The position numbers were made by a program, and so were the translations under genes. Of a stretch of 64,000 nucleotides of DNA, positions 1-12,430 are shown in pieces. The stretch lies in NCBI GenBank assembly GCA_028534125.1, contig CM052816.1, positions 95,110,001-95,174,000 on the forward strand, written 5' to 3'. This stretch comes from Lama glama. Lineage: Eukaryota. The notes under the pieces were generated by a model. The model was not told the DNA's origin and searched no databases. It saw only the letters and a program-made list of their open reading frames with translations. How positions within the stretch are numbered: position 1 is the stretch's first letter; every line of letters begins with the position of its first letter.

Positions 1-424
1 TACAGCTCAATTTTTTAAGCCTGTGAAAGCAGCCCTTTTGAAAAATGATGTCAACAACACTATCAAAACTCTAAAATTGCTCAAACTGCCTATTTGAAGA
101 CAAACAGCACAGCATGTAAGCTTTGTGGATCCAGAAACAGCTGTGGTGAGTGGGGAAGCTCAGACAGTGGGGGCTGCTGTGGTCATTCTGGAGGCCAACC
201 TCGTGCCTCCCTCCCATCTGACCCAGCTGGCCCAGCGCCAGTGAGTCAGCCTGGAAGAGGCGAGCCCCTGAGCGTCCACCTGCTGCCCTGGGCCACTGCT
301 GGGGCAATACCACCTGGCATCTCAGTCCTAGCCAGTTGTAAGGCTGACGTCACCACTGGCTACAGTGCGGTAGTTGTTTTTTAATCCAAATATTTTTTAT
401 TCTTATTCTTAAATAAGTGTCTAA

Positions 425-665
425 AGAATGGCAGTTGTGAAAGTGTGGTCCGGTGAACCCTGGAAATTCTCTAGACTCATTCAAGCGGTCTATGAGGTCA
501 AAACTTTTTTCTTAAAGTAATACTGAAATGTTATTTGCTTTTTTCCACTCTTATTCTCTCAAGCATACAAGGAAATTTTCCAGAGCCTACATGATGTGAT
601 GTTGCAAGAGACTGAATGCGGAGGCAGAGGTGAGAATCCAGCTGTCGTTCTTCAGCCGGACCTTA
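425..665. mobile_element. hAT-Charlie DNA transposon relic (Charlie1-like)
   Basis: aaagtgtggtcc...gaggtcaaaact...gactgaatgcggaggcagaggtgagaatccagctgtc resembles the recalled Charlie consensus end. Confidence 0.6.
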
Positions 666-2153
666 AACCTTACACCTGACCTTCCAGTCCTCTGTTACCT
701 TTCCACGCATATCCCACCCCCAAGTCAGAGCGGACAAATCACTGTCTTGGCACGTGAACTGCTATCGTCCTTCTGTGCTTCTCTGCTTCTCCTCTGTGTG
801 GAACGCCCTCCTCCCACCTCCTGTCAACCAGAAAGGCTCAGTTCCCTACTCCCCATCCCTGAAAACCTGCTCATTACCACCATTCCTACCCACCCACAAG
901 CCAGTGGGAGTCTCCTTTCTGTTCTAGAACATTCATCATCTGCCTTGTATTTGAAAATAAACGTGTACTTGGCTGCTTCTCTAAAATCTCTAACAAGGAA
1001 TGTGCTTTGGGTGGACTTGTGTTTACTCCTTTAAAGTTGACCACGCGTTTTCAAACGCTCACACGTACACCTCCTGTGAACGAGCTAGAGGCTGGGCTGC
1101 CACCCCCACTTTCAGGTGAGGGTGCCGGGACTCGGGGCGAATGGCGCTTCCCCGATGTTGCACATCTAATGTGTAATCGGGCTGAGTCGAGAGACCTCGG
1201 TGGAAAGACCCCAAGACCAGTGCTCAGTCATTTATAGATTCCCCTTCTCAGACTGACCCCACGTGGAGAGCTGAACAGAGACGCCTGGGCCGGAAGAGGC
1301 AGGAGTAACACCTCAATGTCCTTCTGCTAGTCGCCTGTCATTTAAGCTCTCTAAGTACCGCATATTCGCATCGGAAGGGCCTTTCACACACACACAAAAA
1401 TTAACAGGGAGAAGGGTTTAAAAAAAAAGTCCTAATACCACTGAATCCTTAATAGATTTAAGAAAAAGAAAGAAAGAAAGAAAAAAAATAGCTACCAAAA
1501 TTCGTTGTTCCTCAATTTCTGACTTCAGACTCCCTTGAGATGATTTTATCTTGCGAAAAGCATCTTTATTCTTGATTCCTTTGTCATGTTTATTTTTCAA
1601 ACTTATAGCAATTCATATACCCTTGTAAGAAATGTTACACAAGGAGATAAATGCTAAGACACAATATTGAATAACTATTTGAATTCCTGCGTAAGATCCA
1701 TGTTATTGCCTCCAGTATGGAACCATAATCACAGAACGTGGAAATGGCTTGCACAAGGTCGAGTAACGACTCAGTGTAAGAGCCAGAAATAAAATTATCC
1801 CTACCCTCCACCCCCATTTCTCTGCTGAAATACACTTTTCATAAATAACCCCGGCAGCATTTGCAATTCTGTGGGAAATCAGTATTCACGGTTGCAGCGC
1901 CCCCATCTTTTTTGCAGTTTCTATTTTCTAACTTCCAAATAAAGATAAGAGGACAATTTTGCCATGATTCAGCCTGGTTATTTTTTTCCTTCAAATATCC
2001 TTAGCTAAAGGGTAACCTGGTATGTGACTAAAATTAACCCCCATGTCCTTTATCAGCTATTGAATTACTTTTGAAAAATGCCTCAAAATGCTTCTCAGTT
2101 ACCCTGTGACTGACTGACAAGCTGAAGCCCAATAAAAACCTGAAGGATTCCTA

Positions 2154-2186
2154 GTGTGTGTGTGTGTGCGTGTGTGTGTGTGTGTG
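2154..2186. repeat. (TG)n microsatellite
   Basis: Direct read. Confidence 0.95.
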
Positions 2187-2844
2187 TATTGTCTATCATT
2201 TGTATTTGACTTTGGAACACGCACATCTCCTTCAAATATTGTATGTGTCCTTGTGGGTGTCAAACAAATTATATTTAAATTAATATTATTTAAACCTCCC
2301 ATAACGTCATAAGAAAACATCCTGGATGTTACAAAGTGGAGAATGGCTGCTGCCCTCTCTTTCCGAGCAGTATCAACAATGGAAGAGAAATCCTTGTCGT
2401 GAGGAAGAATATAAAAATTCTCATCCATCACACAACAGTACAAGAAGACAGAACATGTGGGCCAGCCCAGGATAAGAAAGCAGGGCTCGCCAGACTGACT
2501 GATAGGCAGAGCTGTTTTAATACACCCTGGGACAACTCTTGTATTTCGTGAATGCTAATGAAACCTCGGTCTGCAATAAGACGGTACATTCTATAGCATA
2601 TCATGGTTTACAAAGCACTTCCCAGTGTGCGACCAGGACGCTGGCGAGAGCTGGTGTCCCCGCATTAGCTACCATTCTCTGTGCTTGGCCTTTTACAGGC
2701 TCAGTTCCTCCATCAATGAGGGCAGAGAAGCCCTTGTGTCTCAGGATCTCATAGAGAGCTGGCGAGGCAACGCAGAGCTCTGTGGGCGTGTGGGCTGCAC
2801 TTAGACGGTCCTAGATTCTCACACCAGTCCCGAGGGAAGTCCTT

Positions 2845-2915
2845 GTTCACATCTCCAGCTTGCAGATAAGGAAACTGAGGCTCAGAAAGTTTCAGGGACA
2901 GAGCCAAGGTTACAA
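2845..2915 (-). mobile_element. MIR SINE core fragment
   Basis: cagataaggaaactgaggctcagaaagtt, the MIR core in reverse orientation. Confidence 0.65.
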
Positions 2916-3984
2916 AACATACACACGGAGAAGCGAATGTGCATTTTCTGCTTCTTAATTCTTGTTCTAGATTACAGCAGTCACATCAAGTCGTGTCTTC
3001 ATTCAGTGCCTTTTTTTTTCCCAGCACCATTTGAGATTACAAAACAGCCTTCTTAGAGAAGGGGAAACAGCTCCCAAAACTCTACTTGAGAAGGCAACCA
3101 GTAGTGGGGGAAAACGGGATTGGGGCTTAAAAATCTGGCTTCTGGTCCCAGTGTGCACTCTGAACAGAGTTGTGTCCCACATAAGTCTAACATCCTTTCT
3201 CCTCCCTTTTGTTTGTTGGCTTTTGTTTTTCTTGGTAAAAATGGGTCAACCTGTCTTACTCCCAGAGTTATAGTGAGTTTATAAGATTATTCACTCAGCA
3301 ATTCTAATGTTATTGAGTGTGTGTGTCTGCATAAAAATCTACGACCAGTGGGGCTGGATACACACACACACGAACGTGCTTATGAGTCAAAGTAAGTATC
3401 AGAAAAGATTAGTGGCCATGTAGTGTTACCTACATACTGAGTATATTTTTCATTCTCTGTGTAGACCTCATTTGCTGCTTTTCATTTACGTATCAGTTGT
3501 GAGAAATCAAATGTATCTTTGCTCCACAATTACGGGGTAGAATATCTACTGAATGCCTCTTCTGTGCCCATTCTGGTTTTGGGGGCTGGCGACACTGTGG
3601 ACAAGATGGAAGAGACCTCTCTCCTTGTGGTGGTGACACCTGACCACTGCTAGTTAGAAGAGAAAAAGTCAGGCCCAGAGAGAGGACAAATTTTGAATGA
3701 GGATGAAGACAAAGTGATGAGAGTCAAGTGCCGGGCTGGCTTCCTCAGATCTGGTGGTTAGAACAGACACTTCCAAAGCTGATTCCAGAATGAGAAGGAG
3801 TTAGCCATGCAAGAAGCTGGAGGAGGCTGTCAGGCAAGGGAACAGCTACTGTTAAGGCCCAAAGGGAAGGATTTGTTTGTCCCATCTGAGAAGCATCAGA
3901 AAGGCCAGTGTGGCCAGAGGAGCTGTGAGAGATGAGTTCGCAGGGGCAGGCTGGGCCCCATCACCCAGGACATGGTAGGGGTTA

Positions 3985-4380
3985 CATTTGGCTGCATGTA
4001 AAGACATGAACCACAGGGACCCGATCTAGTAGGGGTTTGTATTCCACACAACCAAGCAACCTGGAGGCAGGGACCACTGCTCTGCAGGGCCCCCAGAGAA
4101 CCTCAAAGTCCCACTTCCTTCCATCTTCCTGCTCTGCCATCCTTAGAGTATGACTTTCATGCCTGTGGTTGCCTCCTGGATGCAACATGATATTGCTCTA
4201 CCTTCCACCTTCTGTCCGAATTCAAGATGGTATGAACAATGAAGTCACCAGGAGGAAGGGTGGTCCTCATATCAAGAATACAGAAATTTCCCCCAGAAAC
4301 CCCAATTCCACTTCCACTTCAATGGTCAGAACTGTCTCTTGACCCCCCTGGCTGCAAGGGAGGCTGGGAAATAAGAGATT
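3985..4380 (-). mobile_element. Old MaLR LTR (MLT1J/K-like), preceded by a probable L2 fragment (~3540-3980)
   Basis: ttccatcttcctgctctgccatccttag...ggtcagaactg...gctgcaagggaggctgggaaat is typical of old MLT1. Confidence 0.6.
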
Positions 4381-4491
4381 TTTTTCCAAGAGGTTTGTTT
4401 TTTCAAGCTAAGTTCTTCAAACAACAGTGTTTTCTCCGTTGATTACGCAGGGACTCCACGTTGTAATGAGCAGTTTGGATTCTGCTCTAAA

Positions 4492-4591
4492 NNNNNNNNN
4501 NNNNNNNNNNNNNNNNNNNNNNNNNNNNNNNNNNNNNNNNNNNNNNNNNNNNNNNNNNNNNNNNNNNNNNNNNNNNNNNNNNNNNNNNNNN
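4492..4591. other. Assembly gap (100 N)
   Basis: N run. Confidence 1.
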
Positions 4592-4999
4592 CTAGAATTT
4601 TCATTTCATACTTCTTATAAATGGTTAGACTTCAGACATAAGTTTTTAGCCACATAGCACTCCCGAGCACACACAAAAAGAAAAATATTCAGACAATGAA
4701 TTTGGTTAGGTATACTTAAAGCTTCTTTCTACTTAGAATCCAAATCAGGAACGTCTGTGGATTTCCTCACTCTGTGCTATCAGGAATGATAGTGATGGAG
4801 CCTCTTTTAAAAGTGTTTCACTATTGATTTCAGATTTTCATCTAACCTGCTGACACCTGTCTGCAAGTTTTGATGTGAATGTAAGACAATGACAACTATA
4901 TCATGATTGCCGCCTGGCCAACAGATACCCCATTAATAGTGCTACTGAAATGTGGGGAGGAAGCCGCAGATCAGTGGATACTATGCATATTTTTATGTG

Positions 5000-5530
5000 T
5001 GCCATGATGCAAAGAGTTGGGCAGCGCTGAGTTATACACCCAGGTAGGGAGGTCAAGGGGGTGGTGGGATGTGAGTCTGGAGCTTAACAGAGGGGCAGTG
5101 GTAGAGAAATGGGTTTGCAGATTAAGCATCTTTAAACATACAGATGATAGTCATACCCACCGGCCTGCATGTGACCACTGACACAGGCTAGACAGAGAAG
5201 AGCACCGGCGCTGAGCCTTGGGATACCCAAGTGTTTAGAAATCTAGAAGAGAAGCCAGCCAATCTGACTGAGTTAGCAGCCAAGCATCCAGCCCAAACGT
5301 GGGATGTCAGGGCAGTGATGTGGCATCCCTGAGGAGGAGGCGGATGGTCAGCTAGGTCAAGTAGGGTGAGAGTGGAAGAGTGGCCATTGGACTGGGCAGC
5401 ATGGAGGTCACGAATGACCTTGACGAAAGGACTTCCCTGGTTGGTTCAGCCTCTGCGGAGCTGGATGACAGCCGGGTTGAGGAATGAGAGGTGGGGAGAC
5501 GTTCTTTGAGCAGTTGTGTTGTCAAAGGTA
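5000..5530. mobile_element. L2 LINE relic
   Basis: ggccattggactgggcagcatggaggtcacgaatgaccttgac... resembles the L2 ORF2 consensus. Confidence 0.6.
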
Positions 5531-5849
5531 GATGTACACCCAAGAAAGGTTGTGGAATTGCCTTTTCTAAAGGCATTGAGCTTGTCTGAACCCTAATTTA
5601 GCAATGCGCTCGAGGAGGCGGGAGGGATGCAATCCAGGGCAAGACCAAAGGGTCAGCTTTGGACAGAATCAAGACCGATTGTGACAAGGAAACGGCAGAG
5701 GGGGCACAGACGCAACCTTGCAAGAACTCTGCATGTTTCCAGGTGTCACTGAGCTGTCCTTCCATCCCGCTTGAGGGGAGAGGGGAAGTCTCTTCCATCT
5801 GTAGCATATTTTAACAAATCCCTGCTGTTCTTGGGCCCCTGGTCGGTCC

Positions 5850-6700
5850 CGGGGTCTCACTTCCGTACTTAATTGGTCGCCCCAAGTATGAGCTGGGAGT
5901 GGTTCGCGGACGACATACACCAGCCCCCTGGGCGCTCATCTGCGGAGGCTGTTTCCCCACCACTGTCCCCGCCTATCGGGCGGGTTGGTCGAACACCGCC
6001 CATGGAGGTGGCACCCTCCTGCGGGGCTTTTTCCAACCTCCTGCGACTGCCTTCGCCAGCTCTTCTAACCGCAAATGCCCCACCCTCACTCCCCTCCCTC
6101 CTTCTCCTCCTCCTCCGCCCGCGGCCATGGCTTCCAACGTGGCGCGGCCGACTGCGCATGCTCTGTACACGAGGAGCGCGGGGGCCGGCGCAGCGAGCCG
6201 GACGCTGTGAAGCCAACGCGCAGCCGCGGGTGGGCGGGGCCGCGCCACGTAGGCGCGCGGCGGCCACGCCCCCTGCCGGTGGCCGCGGTCGGTTCCCCTG
6301 CGCGCGGCCCCGTCGCCCCGCGCGCGCCTCCCTGAGTCCCCGCGATCACGCTCGCGCGCACTTCCCTCGCGGCCCGCGAGCCCGCAGCCGCCGCCGTCCC
6401 AGCCCCTGGGAAAGCCGGTCGCGCCATGTCTTCGTCTCCCGAGGGGAAGCTAGAGACGAAAGCCGGACACCCGCCCGCCGGTACTGACTCGTTCCCACTT
6501 TCTCTCCTCTCGCGGGTCCCGAGGGCGGGCTCGAACCCGCGGGCACGGGGCGCGGAGCGGGGCGCCGGGCGGGGGAGGCCAGCCAGCCGGCCTGGGACGT
6601 GTCCCTTCGTGGGGTCTGGCGAGACCCTTGTCTTCAGAGTCTGTGCAACTTCGCAGCCTGTGGGAGTTGCATGCAGATGAGAATGACTTGAATAAGCCCA
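5850..6700. promoter_or_regulatory. CpG-island, TATA-less promoter and exon 1 region of DAP
   Basis: Very high GC and CpG density. NRF1-like TGCGCATGC at 6153-6161, GC box GGGCGGGGC at 6232-6240, CCACGTA (RCGTG on - strand) at 6245-6251, SP/KLF GGCCACGCCCCC at 6262-6273. Confidence 0.9.
6426..6480 (+). CDS. DAP: DAP coding exon 1 ([18 protein letters not shown] + 1 nt)
   Basis: gcgccATG at 6426 (purine at -3) inside the CpG island; donor CCG|GTACTG at 6481. Confidence 0.97.
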
Positions 6701-9700
6701 GTTGAGCAACTTCCCCGAAAAAGTTTGGCCGGTGAATACTGAGAATGGACAGATGTTTTAGAAAAACGAGTAGTCGAAACAATTAAGAATCAGTGTTTTT
6801 AAAGTCATAGTGATGATTAATGGTAGGCTGAGAGCATTTCGTACCGACAGAAGAACCAAAGGAGCGGAAGTCATTTTTATCATTAATCGCTCAATATGAC
6901 TCCCCCCCCCCAAGTTTCTTTCGCATCCAGCTATTCCTCAGAGGTGGCTTTGGCTTTTGTTTTTGCACATCCTAAACTTCTGAGCCATGGGAGTTAAATG
7001 CAGGAAAGAGTTATCTTTCTTAGGAAACAAGACTCTGAGCAGCCTTTACGTTCACACCGCGTCCGCGCCTTCCTGAGCGCAGTTCCTGTTTGCTCTTCTG
7101 AGTCTGCCCAGGCTGGTGGATGGCCATTTCTCCCTGCCTTTGGAATGAGGATCCATCCATATGGAAGGACACTGGGAGGGAATTCAAAGGTGCCCGGGTT
7201 CCAGAATCCGAGTCACTTCAGTCTGTGGGGGTTTTAGGGGGCTTAATGGCACGTGTTAGGTGCAATCCGCTCAGTCTGCTAATGGCAAAAGCCTCAGCCA
7301 AACATGGCTGATTTTTGTGGAACATTTGTGCCCTCTTCTTGTTAGAAAAAGATTCCCTCAGTTTCCATCTGCTGCCGTCCACTGTACGGCACTACTTCTT
7401 TGCCTCAACACGGTGCGCAGAGCAGTTGCTTATATATGCTGCATTCCAGAATAGCTAATACTTTCCCCTGGTGAAGCAAACTGTCAACAGCAAGAGAACT
7501 GACGGGCAGGAAGACAGAAAAATGGCTAGCTGATGCCTGGGTATTTAAGAGGCATGGGGTTTTAGAAAATCATTCCACTGTAATGGAAAGTAGACTTTGG
7601 GACCTCTGTGTTGCATTCATTCAAAATTAAAAAAGAACTTCAAAGGCGTTTCCTTTAATGATAACTCTGATCTTTAATTCCTACCGCTGCGGGTCCACGT
7701 CCAGCTTCCTGACCACCGGGGCAGCTTCGCAGGAAGGTACCCCTTGATTACACTGGTGGCGTGGATCACCCGGCGGTGCAGTCTGCATGTGGCTCCCCTG
7801 TCCCACGGTCATAAGTGGTATTAGATGTATGTGTTGGAATGATACCAAAACAGAGTGGCAGTAATTAAATTGCACATAGAGACAGCCATAGGGAGATTTT
7901 TAAGATTAGAGGTGTAAACTGTATATATGAACTCCCTGGGAGAAGTTTCATGAAGGACTCTGATTTTCTTTGAATTGTAAACATATAGGCTGTGTGAATT
8001 ACAAATTAAACACCTTATTTATGCCCAAGGAGAGAGGAGCCAATGTATTGTGCTGGTGTAGCCGTGAACTTGGATTCAAAGTTTTGAGGCCCATCACTTC
8101 TCTAGGGTTCGGTTTTCCTAATCCATGAAATGGGACATTTGGGCCAGATGATCTCTGGGAAAGGAATGGGCAGCCTGTGTGCTGTTACTGTCACCATCCA
8201 TCAGGACTGGAGCCCACCGGCAGCTAATCCCACATGTGAACTCCTCAGGCACCTTTACGGCAGGTCCTTTAAGCCAGTGGGGCACCAGGAGCTGTTTAAG
8301 AAGCTGTCACTGTCATTCTGCATGCGTTTCCCAAGGCCAGTCACACTTGGCCAGAGTTGGAGGAAAGATCTGGCATCCTGGCCCAGGGGTGCAGGTTAGA
8401 AGGAGACCTTTCGTGGCTGTGGGATTTTGTCTCCCAGTAGTACCCCCTCAGGTATGTTTCCCCCAGGATACAGAGGCCCCTGTGTGGAAGCCTTTTTGGG
8501 GGGCAGAAAGCTCAGGGCAGTCTTGTTTACCCTGGCATGACCAGAGAGGAGACGGTCTGCAGAGTAACTGTTAAAAAAAAATGAAAAAAGGCAACCACTA
8601 TGATAAAGGGTAATCATTAAAGATAGCCAAGAGCCCAGCTCATAAATCAAGATAACAGCTTTCAACACTATGAGAATGCTTTCATTAAGTGCCCGAGCTG
8701 GGTAATAAAAATGTGTGCTTCAGTCCGCAATCACAAACAATAAAATTCTCCTCCCCGACTCTCTTCATGTTCTTTTGTGTTTTCTCGTTATTGCTGCCTC
8801 ACCCAGCTGCTCTCCCTGTGCATCCTCACAGCATCCCATTTCCTGTGGCTCTTACCTCCACCTGTCTGCCTCTGTGCTCCTTGCACCCAGGGCTGGGTCA
8901 GGTCCTAGTGATGCACAGTGCCTGGCACAAAATACTCAGTATTAGCTCCTGACGTTGTCCAGAGCCTCTTACCACCTCTCACTTCCTCCATAGCACGTGG
9001 GGCCTGCAACTTCCCCCTCCCTCTGAGCCGTCTCAGCGTGTGCCAGCGGTGGGGTGGGATCTCACCAGTTCAGGTAGCGTCATCACATGGAAGTCTTGTA
9101 AGTAACACTTGCTGAGTGTTACAGTGTGCGGGGCGTAGGGAAGGAGACGTAATTTTCCATTTACCCTTCTAGGTTCTTGGCTGAGGACCCCCCCCCATGA
9201 TAAAAGACAGATTAACAAGAGAAAAACAAGTTTAATAACATAGACACCTCCTGTATACATGGGAGATAACTCAAGAAAAATGAGTAATTTGCAAGCCACC
9301 ACCTTAAATACCATCTTCAGCTGAAGATGAAAGGTGTTGGGGAGAGGGGGAGCCGGTAATGGGAGGGTACCAGGAAATGCTCAGTCATGCAGGGTAAGGG
9401 TTTTATGCAGATGTAAGATTCTCTTGTGATTTCGTCATCTTTCTCTTCCTGGTACAGAGAGAGACATTTACAAACGGAGATTTTTCTGACAAATGTGAAT
9501 GTTCCTAACAAAAGGGTAACTTCTGCGTGTTGAGGTTTTCCTTGAATGCTGTTTCTTAGGTAGTATGTACGCATGTGCAGGGGCGGCACACGCTGCGCCC
9601 CTTCGCCGGCCCAGTTCTGGGCACTTGGTTAATTAGTTCGTTTAACTAGCAGTTACCCTGCAGTTGGGAGAAATAGGACAGCACTATTTTTAAAACTGAC

Positions 9701-12389
9701 CAAAGCGTTGGGGGTGTTGCTGACTCCCCCTGGCCAGTGATTTCAGGGGGGCTGGCCTGTGAGGCCTTTGCCTCTTAGAACCTCCTTTTCAAAAGGGGGC
9801 TCCACCAGTCACAGCTGCCTCCTCCCAAGGTGTGAGATCAATGGGGCTCTGAATAGCCAGGAAGAAAGGTGACATGCAGAGAATACAGAGTCCCCTCACT
9901 GATGAGCGCGCACTGGTGCCGCCCAGGGTCCGGGTCCCCTGTAAAAGTAACCAAGCCTTGGTGGTGGGGGGTACCGCTCAGTGATAGAGTGCATACATAG
10001 TGTGCACGAGGTCCTGGGTTCAATCCCCAGCACCTCCATTAAAAAAAAAAAAAAGTAACTAAATCTTAATAATTTGAGACCTAACCACTGCTCTTGGCTA
10101 CAAAATATCTGCGGAGAAATGGGGTGAGACTGCCTGATGAGAATTCTTGCAGATACAGATTAGCAAAGCTAGCAAGGTTCTGTTCCCTCTAACAGCAGCG
10201 CTTCTGATCCAGTGCAGAAGCGGGGATGTCATGACAGGCCGCGCTGTTACTCACTTCTGCCCGCAAACTCTTCTTCAGGAGTTTATGGCGGTGATGGGAC
10301 CAGCATCTCTTTGTTAAATACATTTTGCTGGCTCTGTTCCCCTCCATTTCCCAGGGGAGCAAAATCATACGGCAGTCAGATTCTCATAAATCCCATCTGT
10401 GACAGCTTCGAGCATTACTAATTTTACATATGGTTTTCTTTGAAGGGTAGACTTTCCAGCCCTTCTAGAACTGTCACATGGAAGCATAAACATGATTATA
10501 CTTATTAGAGTGAAATGGAAAAAGAGACCACTCTGCCTTTCTTTAGTAACTTCAAAATAATTCAGTTCTCTGCTCTGTTAATCAGTCAGGATGCATTTAA
10601 AGGGTCGTGGCTGGTACTTCTCCCTGAGTTATCTGTGCTCACAGTATGCAGGCCACTCTCTTGCTAGAAATGGAAGACTGATTTGGGTTTTATTGTATTA
10701 ACCGTGCAGTCACAGATTTGCTGAGCATGCCCCCCAGTGTCCTCAACCCAGTCACTGATCAACGGTTGAAGATACAGGAGGCAGGTCCACCTTGGCTCCT
10801 GACTTGCCAAGAAAAAGAGAGGCCCTTTTAGTAGCTGCACTTTTTTCAAAAGCCTCCAGTCAGGGTGGCCCGAGCACCTCTAAGACCCGTTGGATTTCAC
10901 CTCTGTGCGTTGGTGCTGTGGGTGACGGACGGCTCCGCCCATCCTCTGTGCGTGTCCCGTTTATTTCAGACAGTCCTGGGCTCTCGCGCTTGGCTTTGTG
11001 AATCCTCTTCCCCTTCCCAACTTCAGAAATTCCTTTTTGTGTTTGGGGACTGTTCCTTTTTGTATAAAGTCCATATTAGTTACAGTTATATTATGTCATG
11101 CTCAGTTTTGTAACAGAGAACCCAGAATCTCAGTGGCTGCACAAGTCATAAGGTTCATTATTTCTCTCCCAGGTGGCCCTCCCACCAGGAANNNNNNNNN
11201 NNNNNNNNNNNNNNNNNNNNNNNNNNNNNNNNNNNNNNNNNNNNNNNNNNNNNNNNNNNNNNNNNNNNNNNNNNNNNNNNNNNNNNNNNNNNNNNNNNNN
11301 NNNNNNNNNNNNNNNNNNNNNNNNNNNNNNNNNNNNNNNNNNNNNNNNNNNNNNNNNNNNNNNNNNNNNNNNNNNNNNNNNNNNNNNNNNNNNNNNNNNN
11401 NNNNNNNNNNNNNNNNNNNNNNNNNNNNNNNNNNNNNNNNNNNNNNNNNNNNNNNNNNNNNNNNNNNNNNNNNNNNNNNNNNNNNNNNNNNNNNNNNNNN
11501 NNNNNNNNNNNNNNNNNNNNNNNNNNNNNNNNNNNNNNNNNNNNNNNNNNNNNNNNNNNNNNNNNNNNNNNNNNNNNNNNNNNNNNNNNNNNNNNNNNNN
11601 NNNNNNNNNNNNNNNNNNNNNNNNNNNNNNNNNNNNNNNNNNNNNNNNNNNNNNNNNNNNNNNNNNNNNNNNNNNNNNNNNNNNNNNNNNNCAGCTGGCC
11701 AGGGCGGCGGCGCACACGGTGGGCGGGCACGTGGCAGGGTGTGCCACTTACTCCTGGCCAGCCCCGCGGGCCTGCATCCCCGCTGTATGCACGCGGGAAC
11801 TGCGGCCAGGAGGTGGCAAACCACCGAGGACGTGAGCGCTGGAAGGCTCTCGAAGTGCTAGGTGCTCGTCGTAAAAAGCCGTTTAGTAAGAGTAGCTGAC
11901 AGTTGCGCACTTGGGGGCCAGGCCTTGTTGGAGGCGTTGCACGTGGGCTGATTCAGGTAGTCCTCAGAGAGCCCCTGCGGGGACAGCACGGCCACCCCTC
12001 ACAGACAGAGGGCCCTGAGGCACAGTGCCAGCAGCCTGCCCAGACACACACCACACACACACACAGACATACACACACACAGACACACACAGACATGCAC
12101 AGACACACACACCACACAGACACACATACACACCCCCCCACACACAGACACACAGATGTACACAGACACACACACCATACACACATCTCACACACACACA
12201 AAGACATACTGACACACATACCACACAGACACACATACCACATGCACACACCACCCAGACACACAAACATACACACCACACACACATACAGACACACACA
12301 CCACATGTACACACCATACAGACATACAGACACACACAACCCACACACACACAACCCACACACAGACACAGACATACAAACAGACACAC

Positions 12390-12430
<41 letters not shown>

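Noticed and set aside
5869..6782. Long overlapping ORFs (up to 207 aa) on both strands of the CpG island
   Set aside because: Stop-codon depletion in very GC-rich DNA, low-complexity Arg/Pro/Ala/Gly products and no recognisable domain. Only 6426-6480 is supported as coding.
10998..11910. ORFs of 200-300 aa spanning N runs (also 51269-52212 and 4427-4657)
   Set aside because: Artefacts of translating through assembly gaps.
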